From Squalus acanthias (Eukaryota), in the NCBI GenBank assembly GCA_030390025.1, contig CM059431.1:95730001-95794000 (forward strand): a stretch of 64,000 nucleotides of DNA, given 5' to 3'. The position numbers were made by a program, and so were the translations under genes. Below the pieces are notes generated by a model. It did not search any database and had not been told where the DNA came from. It was given only the letters and a program-made list of their open reading frames with translations. Positions 1-12,397 of the stretch are shown in pieces (the first letter of the stretch is position 1; every line of letters starts with the position of its first letter).

Positions 1-1330
1 ATCATCAGCAATGTGATGGAAGGTGTTGTCGAAAGTGCTATCAAGCGGCACTTACTCACCAATAACCTGCTCACTGATGCTCAGTTTGGGTTCCGCCAAG
101 ACCACTTGGCTCCCGACCACATTACAGCCTTGGTACAAACATGGACAAAGGAGCTGAATTCCAGAGGTGAGGTGAGAGTGACTGCTCTTGACATCAAGGC
201 AGCATTTGACCGAGTGTGGCATCAAGGAGCCCTAATAAAACTGAAGTCAATGGGAATCCAGGGGAAAACGTTCCACTGGTTGGAGTCATAACTAGCTCAA
301 AGGAAGATGGTTGTGGTTATTGGAGGTCAATCAGCTTAGCCCCAAGACATCGCTGCAGGAGTTCCTCAGGGCAGTGTCCTAGGCCCAACCATCTTCAGCT
401 GCTTCATCAATGACCTTCCTTCCAACATAAGGTCAGAAATGGGGATGTTCGCTGATGACTGCATAGTGTTCAGCGCCATTCACAACTCCTCATATAATGA
501 AGCAGTCCATGCCCGCATGCAACAAGACCTGGACGACATTCAGGCTTCGGCTGATAAGTGGCAGGTAACATTAGCGCCACAGAAGTGCCAGGCAATGACT
601 ATCTCCAACAAGCGAAAGTCTAACCACCGCCCCTTGACATTCATCGCCGAATCCCCCACCATCAAAATCCTGGGGGTAACCACTGACCAGAAACTTAACT
701 GAACCAGCCACATAAATACTGTGGCAATAAGAGCAGGTCAGAGGCTAGGTATTCTGCGGCGAGTGTCTCACCTCTTGACTCCCCAGAGCCTTTCCACCAT
801 CTACAAGGCACAAGTCAGGATTGTGATGGAATACTCTCCACTTGCCTGGATGAGTGCAGCTGCAACAACACTCAAGAAGCTCGACACCATCCAGGACAAA
901 GCAGCCCACTTGATTGGCACCCCATCCACCACCTTAAACATTCACTCTCTCCAATGTACCGTGACTGCAGTGTGTACCATCTACAAGATGCACTGCAGCA
1001 ACTCGCCAAGGCTTCTTCGGCAGCACCTCCCAAACCTGCAACCTCTTCCACCTAGAAGGACAAGGGCAGCAGGCACATGGGAACACCAGCACCTCCAAGT
1101 TCCCTCCAAGTCACACACCATCCTGACTTAGAAATATATCGCTGATCCTTCATTGTCGCTGGGTCAAAATCTTGCAACTCCCTCCCTGACAGCACTGTGG
1201 GAGTACCTTCACCACTCAGACTGCAGCGGTTAAAGAAGGCGGCTCACCACCACCTTCTCAAGGGCAATTAGGGATGGGCAATAAATGCTGGCCTTGCCAA
1301 CGACGTCCACATCCCATAAAAACGAATTTT
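1..1330 (+). mobile_element. Non-LTR retrotransposon 'LINE-A' (CR1-group/Jockey-like, clade uncertain), RT to 3' end, with stops
   Basis: RT motifs [40 protein letters not shown]. 3' UTR ends ...gggcaataaatgctggccttgcc...cacatccca, the same tail as the copy at 40.4-41.5 kb. Confidence 0.9.
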
Positions 1331-2581
1331 AAAGAATTGAAGTAACCAGTGAACTACAACAGATCCTTTTAAAACGTCACTAAAATTTGGATATTTCTGA
1401 TATTTATTTTCCAAATTTTAGCATAGTTGGCTTAAAAAAATGCTCTGAGCGGCTCTTACTTCTGAAAATAAGAATATTTTCAACACAACCTGCAGAATAC
1501 TGATACCAAATTAAGGAGTAGCTAGATATTTGCACACCTCAGGCAAGCAGCTATTTATAGAGGTCAGTGGGAATGCAAACATCAGTTTTAGTGGCAGGCA
1601 CACTGAAGCAGTTTAAAGGGGAAAGTCAGATTCTAAGCAATTCCGCAGAGGAAGACAATGAAATGACAGGCAGCAGAATTGTTAAGGAATCTGATGAAAA
1701 ATGAAGCAAAGCATTGGTTTCTTTTTAAGTGTGCGGTAGGAAAAGGGACAAAAAGTCATGCATTAGTTTGATATGATTTAGGAAAAGCTATATAGCAAAT
1801 CTGCCATTATATGGTTAGGTTCTCTACTTGATAGTAGTATCACCTAAGGGTAAATATTGAGTGCGTGCTCCCAGCATGAAGTGTCACCGCCATCATGGGA
1901 GACACACACACAAATTCCCAATGTGAACTCCCTGGTGGGCATTCAGAAAATTTATCTTTGAGCTCCGCACAGGTGAGGTGAGCAAAGTGGTATAAATCAA
2001 AAAAGGAGATTTTCTGCTCCCTCACAGTTAGCATTGTTGAGACTTTGGGTAGTTCTCCCAACAATGGTATCTAGCTTGCTGCTACCATAAACAAGCTCAC
2101 ACACCTTACAATCTGATATTGTGTTTAGTATATGAGAAATGACCTGATACATGACAAAAGATCATCTGTTCTATTGTAAACTTGGTACTGGATACTATGT
2201 AGAATTTCAATTGGCTTTAGAAGATGGATAATAATAGTCCAAGACAGCACTGGAAGTCTGGACACAGGGTTCACAAGGGGTCAATCAAATAAATAAGTCA
2301 AGCATGTCGCCTTTAACTTTTAGAAAACTGGAGAGGAAATACTTCTTGGAAAGAAATAGGCAATCTTGTTCCTCAGCTGAAACAGAACACCATCTTTACG
2401 TAAGCATAAGTTTACGGAGCTTAATTCATCCTGTGTTCCACAGCAAGACAAGCTAAATAGTTAACAAATGCTGCTGGGTTTTAAGACTGTAAAGAACAGG
2501 CATTCGCTTTAAAGGCTGAAAAATACCAACAACTTTTTATACCTTGTCAACATAAAGGCAAGTGGATGACCACACGGTTGT

Positions 2582-2901
2582 TAGGGTTGCCAATCATCCA
2601 GGATTACCTTGGAGTCTCCAGAAATGAAAGATTAAAATCTCCAGGACACTGCTGCGAGCAACCCGGAAGAAAAATGATAGGAGCATTAAAAGAAATGTGT
2701 TTTTTTCCCATTTTCTTTGAAAAGTTTCATTTCTTAGTTATAAAAATACTGGACATGGGGAAAAAGGGTGGGAAATCGGTGCGACACACGAATAGATGTA
2801 TCGGGCGACCAATGGCAGGAGCATAGGGACAGGGAGGTTGGAGGTGAGAGGTCATGTGATGAAACCTCCAGGAATACGTCCAACCCGAGTTGCCAGCCTT
2901 A
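2582..2901. mobile_element. Non-autonomous hAT-like element
   Basis: Imperfect TIRs TAGGGTTGCCAA / TTGCCAGCCTTA (9/12 match). 8-bp TSD ACGGTTGT (2574-2581) / ATGGTTGT (2902-2909). An 8-bp TSD is typical of hAT. Confidence 0.7.
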
Positions 2902-2933
2902 ATGGTTGTGTTGATGAGGACTGCAAATATACA

Positions 2934-5023
2934 GGCCTAGAAATTGCAGTAGGCCGCAAACCTGCCACCGTGAGCCGAAATTAACGGCCGCCCGAAATCA
3001 GTGCGCAGGCAGCACTGGTATTTTGGTGCTGCCTGCTAATTTAAATTAGCGCAGAGCTAAACCTTCCATGCACGACTGGTTTTCGGTGCTGCTCTCAGCA
3101 GGAGGCCTAGTGTAAGGTGGCCGTAGCGTCCCTGAAGCAAGAACAGCTTTGTCGATCTTTTAAAATGAAAAACATAAAAATCATTTAAAAATAGGCAGTT
3201 TTTAGCCCTTAGAGCTCAACTGCCTTCTGAAAAAAATAAACATTAAAAATAATTCCCAAATGGCAGTCTTCAGCTCTTAAAGCTGAACTGCATTCCGCAT
3301 CTAAAAAAATGGTAAAAGTGCTTCAGCACTAACACAAATGGCTCAGCAAGCCAGGGAAGGGGCACCCAAGGTCTTGCGTGCAGCACTCCAGCTTTGTGCA
3401 GGGGGTCCACACTACAAGAGAGGTCCTCTACCTACAGGGGCCAGGAGGCCCTCCAGAAAGAACAACGTGGGACCAGATCGCTGAGGCCGTCACTGCCAGT
3501 AGTGTCGCCCCCACCACCTGGCTCCAGTGCCCAAAGAAGCTTCATGACCTCAGACCAAGGTCAGTGAATGCATCTTCAAAAGCCGTCTCCTACCAACTGC
3601 ACCACGAGCCTCACACACTGCTCACTGCACGACCCCCCCCCCCATCACTCACCTACCAAAATCTGAACAATCACGAGGCACATCTCCTATTCCTAACTTC
3701 ATCTCACCACCTTGGAAGAGACGGTGCTGGCCATTCTTAGCAGGGGCATGGCTTAGCCGTTGGCCAGTGGCGGGGCTGAAATGGTACAAGATACTGGTAT
3801 CCTCATACGTTATCCTCCTTCTCACATCCTACTTCCCCCTCATCCCGCAATACCTTCTGATTTACAAGGTGTGCAAGGTGTAAGCATGCACCTCTTACTT
3901 TCCGCCCTCCCCACACAATTGTACCCTTGTGCCTTCCTCATTTCACACACCCAAGAAAAATAGTCTGCCCAGCCAGTGGTTGACCCAGAAGAGGGAGAGG
4001 AGAGTGAAGAAGAACAAACATCATCACTCGATTTGACACTCCCAGCCACCAGCTCCTCGAGGTAGTCCTGCAAGGTCATCTGCAGTGTCCCCCACTGAAA
4101 GTCAGCAGCCTTCCAAGCAGCCATGCTGCAGCCACTGAGGTAGCACTGCGTCACAGCAGTAGGATAGGCAATGGCACACACACAGACACAAGTCACTAAG
4201 GGAATGCAAAAGGGTGATTAGTTGATTTCTTGATTTCATATTGGATGGAAAGGTATATAAAGTTGGATTGGAAAGTTTGCTTTGTGGTGGCTTTTATTTC
4301 AGCATTGTGGCCAGGAGGTAAGGTGTGTGACAAATGCTGAAAGGGGAATTGGGGTTATGTTCGCTGGTACTGCAAACAGATGATTCGATCCTGGATATCC
4401 TGGCCAGAAGGGGACTGTCTGGGTTGCATCCTTCCTTCTGCTTTCTCCTCTTCTGCGTCTTCCTCTTCCCTCTGCGAGCGTATGTTGAAAATCTGAAATG
4501 AAAGCAGAAAATGCTGGAAATACTCAGCAGCTCAGGCAGCATCTCGACCTGAGACATGAACTCTGTTTCTCTCTCCTGGATGCTGCCTGACCTGTTGAGT
4601 ATTTCCAGCACTTTCTGTCTTCTCAGAGGCCTTCCATTACTATCCGAAGCCTTGCAAGCATCCAGCAGCACTCCCTGCACACTATAAAAACTTTTAGCAT
4701 CTATTGCATCAAGTCATTACTTCAATAAAATATTTAAAAATGTCCAAAAGCTTGAATCCAAACTAACCTAAAAGATGTGTGTCCTTTTAAGAAGCGCTTG
4801 CGTCTCTGCAGGGCTGCTTCATGCAGGCTTTTCAGAGCATGCTTAGGACCCGGCAATAAACTCAGCGAAAAGGTCGAAGTTTGCAGACGTGGCATCATGT
4901 CACGCTCTGCTGCTTTACATTTCTGGGACCAGCGTTGCGAGTCCCGCGCCGCCATGGGTGGCTGCCTATTTTTCCCTGAAACGGGCTTTATCGGCCAGCG
5001 GTAAGACAGCAAATTTCTAAGCC
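2934..5023. mobile_element. Degenerate PIF/Harbinger element H-E (internally deleted)
   Basis: TIRs GGCCTAGAAATT / AATTTCTAAGCC and 3-bp TSD ACA on both sides. Myb/SANT remnant on + (WDQIAEAV...WLQCPKKLHDL, ~3340-4210). Acidic transposase C-terminal remnant on - (~4370-4480). Confidence 0.8.
4485..4622. mobile_element. Short Penelope-like (pLTR-type) insert with inverted duplication; hammerhead core degenerate
   Basis: 39-bp inverted arms at 4505-4543 and 4579-4617 (3 mismatches). Same sequence family as 14937-15189 and 44519-44652. Confidence 0.7.
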
Positions 5024-5821
5024 ACAGTGCCTGGATTTGGGCTTTTTCAGACAATTTCGACTAATAGATATTAGCCACATTCCAATCATTTATTTTTCTG
5101 ATCAAAAGCATTCTTTCTGCATCCTGTACTAATGGAATTGCATGAAGTGTTATTATTGCCATATCATCCCTAAAAAACTTTGCAATCACAAAATTATCAT
5201 GTCAAGATACTTTGTCCCATTTAAAAATGTACGACAACAATAAACTAGATATTACAGCCCAGAATTTCCTGACTTATTACACTGGCAAATTGGCACAACC
5301 TGAGCAGGCAAGGGAGGAAAACCGGCCGGGCGCACTTTGGCCTCCAACGGCATTTCTAACATTTCCAGTGTCTTGGGGAGGAGGGGAAAAAAAGTGCAGG
5401 TTCTGTAAACCCTATGGCCTTGATTTTAAACTGCTCTCCAGCCTAGCACCCCTCCCCGACCCCACAAACCAAGAGCTGGCGAGAGGTTAAAATATTGTAA
5501 ATGGCGATCCCGCCCCCAACCCGCACGTTCTGAACTGCCGCTAATATCAGGCTCGACGAGTCTCCAGCTGTAGAGAGGCAGGAGGCTCATGAATATATGT
5601 AAATCCAGGCAGCACTGGTTTCACGCCAGTTGGCAAGATCGCCAGAGGAACCCGGGTAGGATTGGGTGCTAACTGATCAGTGTGCGGAAATTATATGGGT
5701 CGTGATCTGAATAAAGCTGCAAAACTCACAAGTGTTCTTTCACTGTAGGCTGTGATTCTGTGATCACTGTTTGCTTTGGGTTGTATTTTGGAGAGTTTTT
5801 CTTAAAAAAGGAGAAGCTGAT

Positions 5822-6865
5822 TATGAGTGCTGCTCTAGCTGCACTGAATTGGAGTAAAGAGGAGGAGGATGAAGAGGAGCAGCAGCAGCATGGGCACACT
5901 GAACAAGGAGCTGCTGGTGGGCCACAGAGAAGGCAGCAACAGAGGGGCATGCGCGCAGAAGGCCTTACCCAACTCACACAGTGTACAGACAGAGGCTCAG
6001 CTTCCTTGATCTTTCTGAGGAGCAGAGTTTCAGGAGGCTCAGATTGTCAAGGCAGGTGATCGCGGACCTCTGCAGCCCCCTCGAGGAAAATCTCCTGGTT
6101 GTTGGACCTGGTGGCCTCTCGATTCTTCCAGGCTGTCATGGGGGACATATTAAGGGTGTCGCAGTCAACCACCCACAAATGCATCAGACAGGTGACCTAT
6201 GCATTATTTGCCATGGCCAGTCGATACATCTCCTTCCCAACTGATGACAGCAGTCAGACTGTGCAAGCTTTGGGGTTTGCCATTCTGGCTGGCCAACCAC
6301 AAGGGCAGGGCGCCATAGACCGCATGCACGTAACCAGCCAGGAGCCTTTATTAACCCCAAGGGCATCCACTCCATTAAGGTCCAACTCGTCTGCAACCAC
6401 AAGAAAAGGTTCATGCAGGTATCTGCTTGATAACAAGGGAGCTGCCATGTTACGTCAGTCCTGGCACCAGTCTTAGAGGTTGGCTTCTTGGGGACAAGGG
6501 ATGCCCCCTCATACTATGGCTCATGAAACCTCTTCAGAACCCCACCACACCACAGAAGAGATATAACAGCAGCCACATGACCACGAGATGCGTCTTACAG
6601 CAAGACATTGGAATGCACAACTTGAGGTTCAGGTGCCTTGGCAGGTGTGGAGGCTCTCTGCAAAATTCGCCAGCCAGAGTATCCAGAATAATTGTGGCAT
6701 GCTATGTCCTGCATAACATCACACAACAAGGAGGACTGGAGGTGCAGGAGGAAGAAGGCCTGCAGGACTCATCATCTGATGAGAAAGAGGATGGTGAGGA
6801 GTAAGATGGAGAACATGATGCATGGCGGCCCGTGTTGCAAGAGATGCTCTCATAGCTCGGCGCTT
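5822..6865 (+). pseudogene. Harbinger DDE transposase (HARBI1-like), frameshifted
   Basis: Fragments in different frames: [54 protein letters not shown], acidic tail. Confidence 0.85.
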
Positions 6866-7009
6866 CACATAGACATCTGTCACTTATACCACTCTTATGT
6901 AACCAGACCCCCTTGCACTAGTAACCTTCACTCCATTGCTTTGCCATTCTCCAACTTATCACCTTGAAAACATTGAACCAACTTCCACACCTACGACATA
7001 AAAGACAAA

Positions 7010-7751
7010 GGGGTAAAAATTCAGTTGGTTGCGCCTCCCGTTAGCGCCTTAAGAGGGCGCTAATGGGGCGCAAAGCCGCTAGCGCCCGGGCGCAGCGATG
7101 TTTGCGCCGCTCGGGAACTTAACCAGACATTGTGCGGCGGCGCTAAACTTTACCGCCGCGACCACCTGCGCGCGCAGATTGTGACGTCATTCCATGGTGC
7201 AACGCCCTTGTGGCGCCCCGGAGCGGAAATTGAGTGGCGCCCCCTGCCTTACCGCCTGGCGCATCCAACAACCGGAAGACTGGAACGCTATCAATCGCTG
7301 TGGGGCTGGGGGGGCGCTATTTAAAGGGGGCCTCTTCCTGTCTTTTTCTGTGGTTGACATTTTTGCACCACTCGTTCTGAGAGAGAGAGAGAGATTCGGA
7401 GAGAGAGAAAGAGAGACTTCTGCATTGAGTCAACGCTTTGTGAGGTAGTTTTGCCTACTGATCCTAACAGTTGCCCCCCCCCCCCGCTTTAAGAACTGGC
7501 CGGCGCCAGTGTGTCTGTGTTCCCTCGCTAACTGGCAGCACCTGCGCTGCGCTCGCGCGCTGAGTTAGCGCCTCACTGCTCGGCCTTTGCGCCTTAAGAC
7601 AGGTGTGCAGCGCCTGATTTAGCGCTCCACTCACCTCCCGGGGCAGTAAAAGTGAAGTTTCCAGTCAGTGGCGATAATTAGCGCTAAGCGCTAATATTTG
7701 CGTCCAGACGATATTTGCGCCCCAAACGGGGCGCGACCTAATTTTTCCCCC
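7010..7751 (-). mobile_element. Non-autonomous Harbinger element (H-A family)
   Basis: 12-bp TIRs GGGGTAAAAATT / AATTTTTCCCCC, flanked by AAA on both sides. Reverse-orientation homolog of 26205-27100. Ends shared with H-B. Confidence 0.85.
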
Positions 7752-9135
7752 AAATTGCTTTGAAAGCAGAAAGCACACAAGAGTGACGGAAGTAATTTTT
7801 TTGTGCATCAAAAATCAAATATTAACAAATCAACTTGTGCAACACCCAAGTGTGAACCCTAAGTGCTCTATTTAGCCGATCACTTCCTATTTCTACCACC
7901 CCAGAGGCTTCAGCAGAGCAGGTGGTAGACTGTTGCGTATCTTGCTCAGATTCGAGATGCTCGCTGCCAATGACCTCTAGGTGCTGAAGCCCGTAAGGGC
8001 CCTGCACTGACTGTTGCTCCTGGACTTCTGCTGGGTCAGCTGGAAATCAGACACCATGTCAGGTATTGGTTGAGGAGGTGGCAATGGAGGAGACGTCCTG
8101 AGAGAAGTCTGCACGAACTGCGTCCATTCTGCCAACACCCCTCCCTTGGGGCTGCGGCACATCAGTCCTGCTGGTCTGCGGGAGAGCAGACTGGAGGAGA
8201 TGAGTGACAGCTTGGAAGCCCCAATCTACTCTGTCCACCAGCTTCTCTAATTTGGAATAGACATTGGATCCCAGAGTCTGCATTGTAGCTGTATTCTGGC
8301 CCATCTATCTAAATAACAAGCCCACTTGATGTGCCAGTCTGCAACGCATGTAGTGTGTGATGGTGCGTCCTCAGGAGTGATGAGGTCCTCCGAGGAGTTT
8401 CCTTCCTCTGTGGGCAGGGGCTCATGATCTTCCTGTGAGGGTCGTATAGGAAAGAAGAAAGGGTGAAGATTTAATAATGGTACTGAGAAGATGTTAATGT
8501 GCATATGAAGCACTTGACCATACTTGCTGATGTGTTGAAATCAGTTAGCAGTGCAGTTGGTTGTGGGAGGTGAGGGGGTGTATGGTTAAATCAATTACTC
8601 TGCTCTGAGTCTAGTTAAAAGGACTTGCACCACATGATAGCACCTGGTTACTTTTAATAAACAGAGGGCAGTACCAATCTGCGAGAAAGCCCTAAACACA
8701 AACTGGGGGACAGCCAGTACATGATGGCAACAGGAGGGCAGTAAGCAGGAAAATGACAGCAGTTCAATATATTCACCTAAAGAAATGAAGTTCAAAAAGA
8801 CAAAATTGGGTATCGCCCATTTTGGGGCGCTAATATTGGCCGGGCACAAAGTTTAGCACCCGATGCTAATTAGCGCCTCCTAATACAAAATTCACCTCTA
8901 TCGCCCCTAAATCAAGCGCTACACACCTCTCTTAAGGTGCAAATGTGAGGGAGCGAGGCGCTACCTCAGAACGCTACCGAAGCTCAGGCGATGTCAATTG
9001 GCATGGAACCCAGACAGACTGGCGCTGTCCAGTTCCTAAAGGGGAGGGTCTATCTTGCTAGCCAGCCACACCCTGCTCATTGCAGCGTTGACTCTGGTGC
9101 TGGAAAGACCTACCACCATTGTGCTGAGAGGACTA

Positions 9136-10990
9136 ATGGATAGGCCCAGGGAGAGAGCTCTTCGCTTTAGCGACCAGGCCTTGATGGCTCTGGTTGTCGC
9201 TGTCGAACGGCGACGGGCAGTGCTGTACCCAGAGTGGCAGGAGTAGGAAGAAGTTCAATGACCTCACTCGAGTGGTCAGGGTGAGTGCCTGCTTTTCAAT
9301 ACCTCTACATCCCACCATCTCAATTTCACTCTGTGCCCAGAGGGTTTAAAAACACAAATGCCCAACACTCATCCAAGACCTATGGCCATCTCATAAAAGA
9401 CACACGTACATTCCACACCTTGCACACATTAAGGGCTATTCATCAATGTGAGGCACGTCAGGCAAACACATGACTGCACATATTAAGGGCTATTCAACTA
9501 TGGGAGGCACATGAGCCAAATACATGGCTGCACACTCAATCAGACGCTGTCCTTTTTCTTGCAGGCCAAGCTCTCTCATAACAGGCGGGAGCAGCTACGC
9601 ACGGGAGGAGGACTGGCTGACCTACACCTCCTGACCGATTTGGAGGCCAGAGTGCACAGGATCGTTGCCAGTCAGGTCATAGGTGCCATGGCCGCTGGAG
9701 ATGTCGACCCCCTTGGGGACAGCAATGGTATGTTCATCAGCTTTCTCTCCTCTCTCATACCACTTGCCCCTCACAACACCAGCCTTTTACACTTTCAATC
9801 CAACTAACTGTCTCTAGTCCTTGCTCCCTTCCTGCTCTGCTGCCCCCCCACGAAAGCCACTCTTGTACCTTCCTGCTTTCAGATACTGAACCACCAGCTG
9901 ACCAGCCTGTCCCTCAACCTGCCAGTGGCAGTGACGTGCCAGACAAGGAGGAAGAGGAAGCCGGAGCCTCAACGCCTGCGTGTCCCGAGGATGACACATC
10001 CGACACTGGGGCCATGCCTCCCCCGGAGGGGAGCAGGGGGTTAGGGTCTGATGAGGGCGAAGCTCCTGGACCCAGCGGGGGTAGGGAAGCTCGGGGGCCA
10101 TCTCCCCGGAGGGTGAGTAGGTGCACGAGTTCTGCTGCACAGGACTCGGATGAGGACCTCGACATCGCGGCCATGAATACCCAGGCCTTGAGCATGCACA
10201 CTGAGCTCATGGGTGAAATGACAAGGGTGCCCGACAGCATGGATACACTGGCTAGGAGCGTGGAGGAGTCCACCGCCAGCACAGCTGTCATCTGTGCGCA
10301 AACCCTTGAACCCATCCTTGCCTCATTGCAGAGGATGGTTGAATTGCAGGGAGACCGTGGGGACCCAGAGCCCATGCCGTGTGTAATGGGTGAGGTGGCA
10401 GGATCCATTGCAGCACAGGCCAACGCAACGCAACGGCTTAGTGCTGCAATCGAGTCATTGGCTGGTGCCATCCAGTCTCAGACTGCTCTGATGCAGTCTC
10501 AGATTGATGTCAAGCAAGTGCTGACTGCTGCCATCCTCCCTGTGTCGCCCACAGTCCCACGGGGATCTCACGGTGCCGCAGCAGGCCAGCAATCTGTGCT
10601 CGAGTAGATTGCTCCGGATGCTGAGGTGCTGCCCCGGGGGAGTGACAGTGTGTCGGTCAAGCAGGAAGGTGCTGTCCTCTCTCAGGATGGCAGCATTCCT
10701 GCTCCCACCACTGCCACTTCCCCATTGCACTTGGCACAGCCTGTAACACAGCCAGCCCAGACTGCTGCCGCCCATGCAGAGTTGGTGCAGTCTGCAGCCG
10801 GGCCCTCCAGGCCCAGAGCTGGTTGAGGGCGTCCTTCAAGGCCATCTGCAGTCTCTGGATCCGAGATTCAGCAGCCTTCCGCCAGCCTTGCTGCAGCCAC
10901 TGGGGCCACATTATAATCGGAGGAGCAGTAGAGTGGGAAGGGTGGAAGTGCGCAGGGGATGGAGATCACCCTCGAAGGCCCAGCAGTAGA
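9136..10990 (+). pseudogene. Harbinger Myb/SANT-like partner gene, 3 exons (9136-9280, 9565-9727, 9883-~10990)
   Basis: RALRFSDQALMALV...KKFNDLTRVVR|gtgagt; ttgcag|AKLSHNRREQLRTGGG; ctttcag|exon 3 in frame with ORF 9936-10607. Internal deletion in exon 1 and premature stops. Confidence 0.8.
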
Positions 10991-11297
10991 ATCTGTAAAT
11001 AAATGGAGGGAATGTTTGTGGGAAAGTTTGAGGATGTTGTTATTATATTTGTTTACTGTTTTGCCATTGATCTCCATGTTGTGAGAATGAGTTTTGTTAG
11101 TTCATGAATTGTTGGGTTTGTTTCTAATTGTTTGTCCTGAATAAATGACACAGAGTTTGTAATATAAATAATTTTTTTAATTCTAACTTTATATCTTTCC
11201 TGATTTGACTCATTGCCGCTTTTCCCGGCAATAGGGGGTGCGGGATGCTTTCGATGATGCGCTTCTACATCCCAGAAGCCATCTTTTCTGTAAAGGG

Positions 11298-12397
11298 TTA
11301 GAATCGGTGTCTTATGAGCTGTTCACGGACGGCCCTTGCAGTGGCAACATTGTGCACCTCCCTCCCATGTTGGTGCTGCTGATCCTCCTCTTCATCCTCC
11401 TCCTCCTCCTCTCCCTCTTCCTCCTCCTCCTCCTCAGGTGGTCCACCAATCCCTGGTGGCAATGGTTGGATCCTCATGACTGCAATGTTATGCAGCACAC
11501 AACAATGAAAAGGGAGACTCGCTCGGGAGAGTACTGCAGGGCTCCTCCTGAGTGGTCCAGACACCGGAACCGTTGTTTCAACACGCCGATCGTCTGCTCT
11601 ATGAGGTTCCTGGTGGCGCTATGGCTCTCATTATATTGCAGTTCGGCAGGGATGTTGGGGTTATGGAGCGGTGTCATCAGTCAGGTGCAGAGTGGGTAAC
11701 CCTTGTCCCCGAGGAGCCATCCACTAGGCTGACGCGGTGCTTGGAAGAGGTCTACGACACCAGTCTGGCGCAGGATGAAAGCATTGTGGCTGCTGCCAGG
11801 ATAGCGAGCATTGACGGCGAGTATGAGCTGTCTGTGGTCACAGACCAACTGGATGTTCAGAGAGTGGAAGCCCTTACGTTTTCAGAACACTTCTGCATTC
11901 TCATGAGGTGCCCGCAATGCCACATGCGTGCAGTCAATGGTGCCCTGAACCATGGGGAAGCCCACTATCCTTGCAAAGCCACATGCGCGTTCGCACTGTT
12001 TGTCCTGGGTCATGGGGAAAGAGATGTACTGGGAGATATTCGCTATGTCCCCAGTAGAAGCCTGAAAGGAGCTGCTGGCATAAAACTTCAGAGCCACCGT
12101 CACCTTCATTGCCACAACAGAGACGTCCTGGTCCTGAGCTGAGGCTGCAGATCTGGTAGCGGGAGGCGGCAGAGCTCAGTGACCACCTCCTTGCTGAAGT
12201 GCAGTCTGTGGAAACACCGCTCCACGGACAAATGAATATAGGAGAATTGCTCCCGGAATACCCTGGGAGGGTAAGGTCTCCTGTGCAGAGGCCTGTTGGC
12301 CCTCCTTCTGGCCACATTTGTCACACTCTCTCTCTCTGCGCCTCTGCTGCCTCCGAAGGTGAAGCTGGACGACGCCCCGAGTTAGTGCAGCCCCCAT
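11298..12397 (-). pseudogene. Harbinger DDE transposase (HARBI1-like), frameshifted
   Basis: RRPYPPRVFREQFSY, KVTVALKFYASSSFQ, GTIDCTHV, NESHSATRNLIEQTIGVLKQRFRCLD, CCVLHN, poly-E tail. Confidence 0.9.

Larger units (their letters stand above)
5416..8590. mobile_element. Degenerate Harbinger element H-D (right end not found)
   Basis: HARBI1-like pseudogene on +, partner-gene-like remnant on - (~7830-8580), interrupted by the element at 7010-7751. Confidence 0.65.

Noticed and set aside
11552..12142. Long ORFs antisense to transposase or RT sequences (also 22765-23100, 29006-29581, 36171-36641)
   Set aside because: These are shadow frames of coding sequence on the opposite strand.
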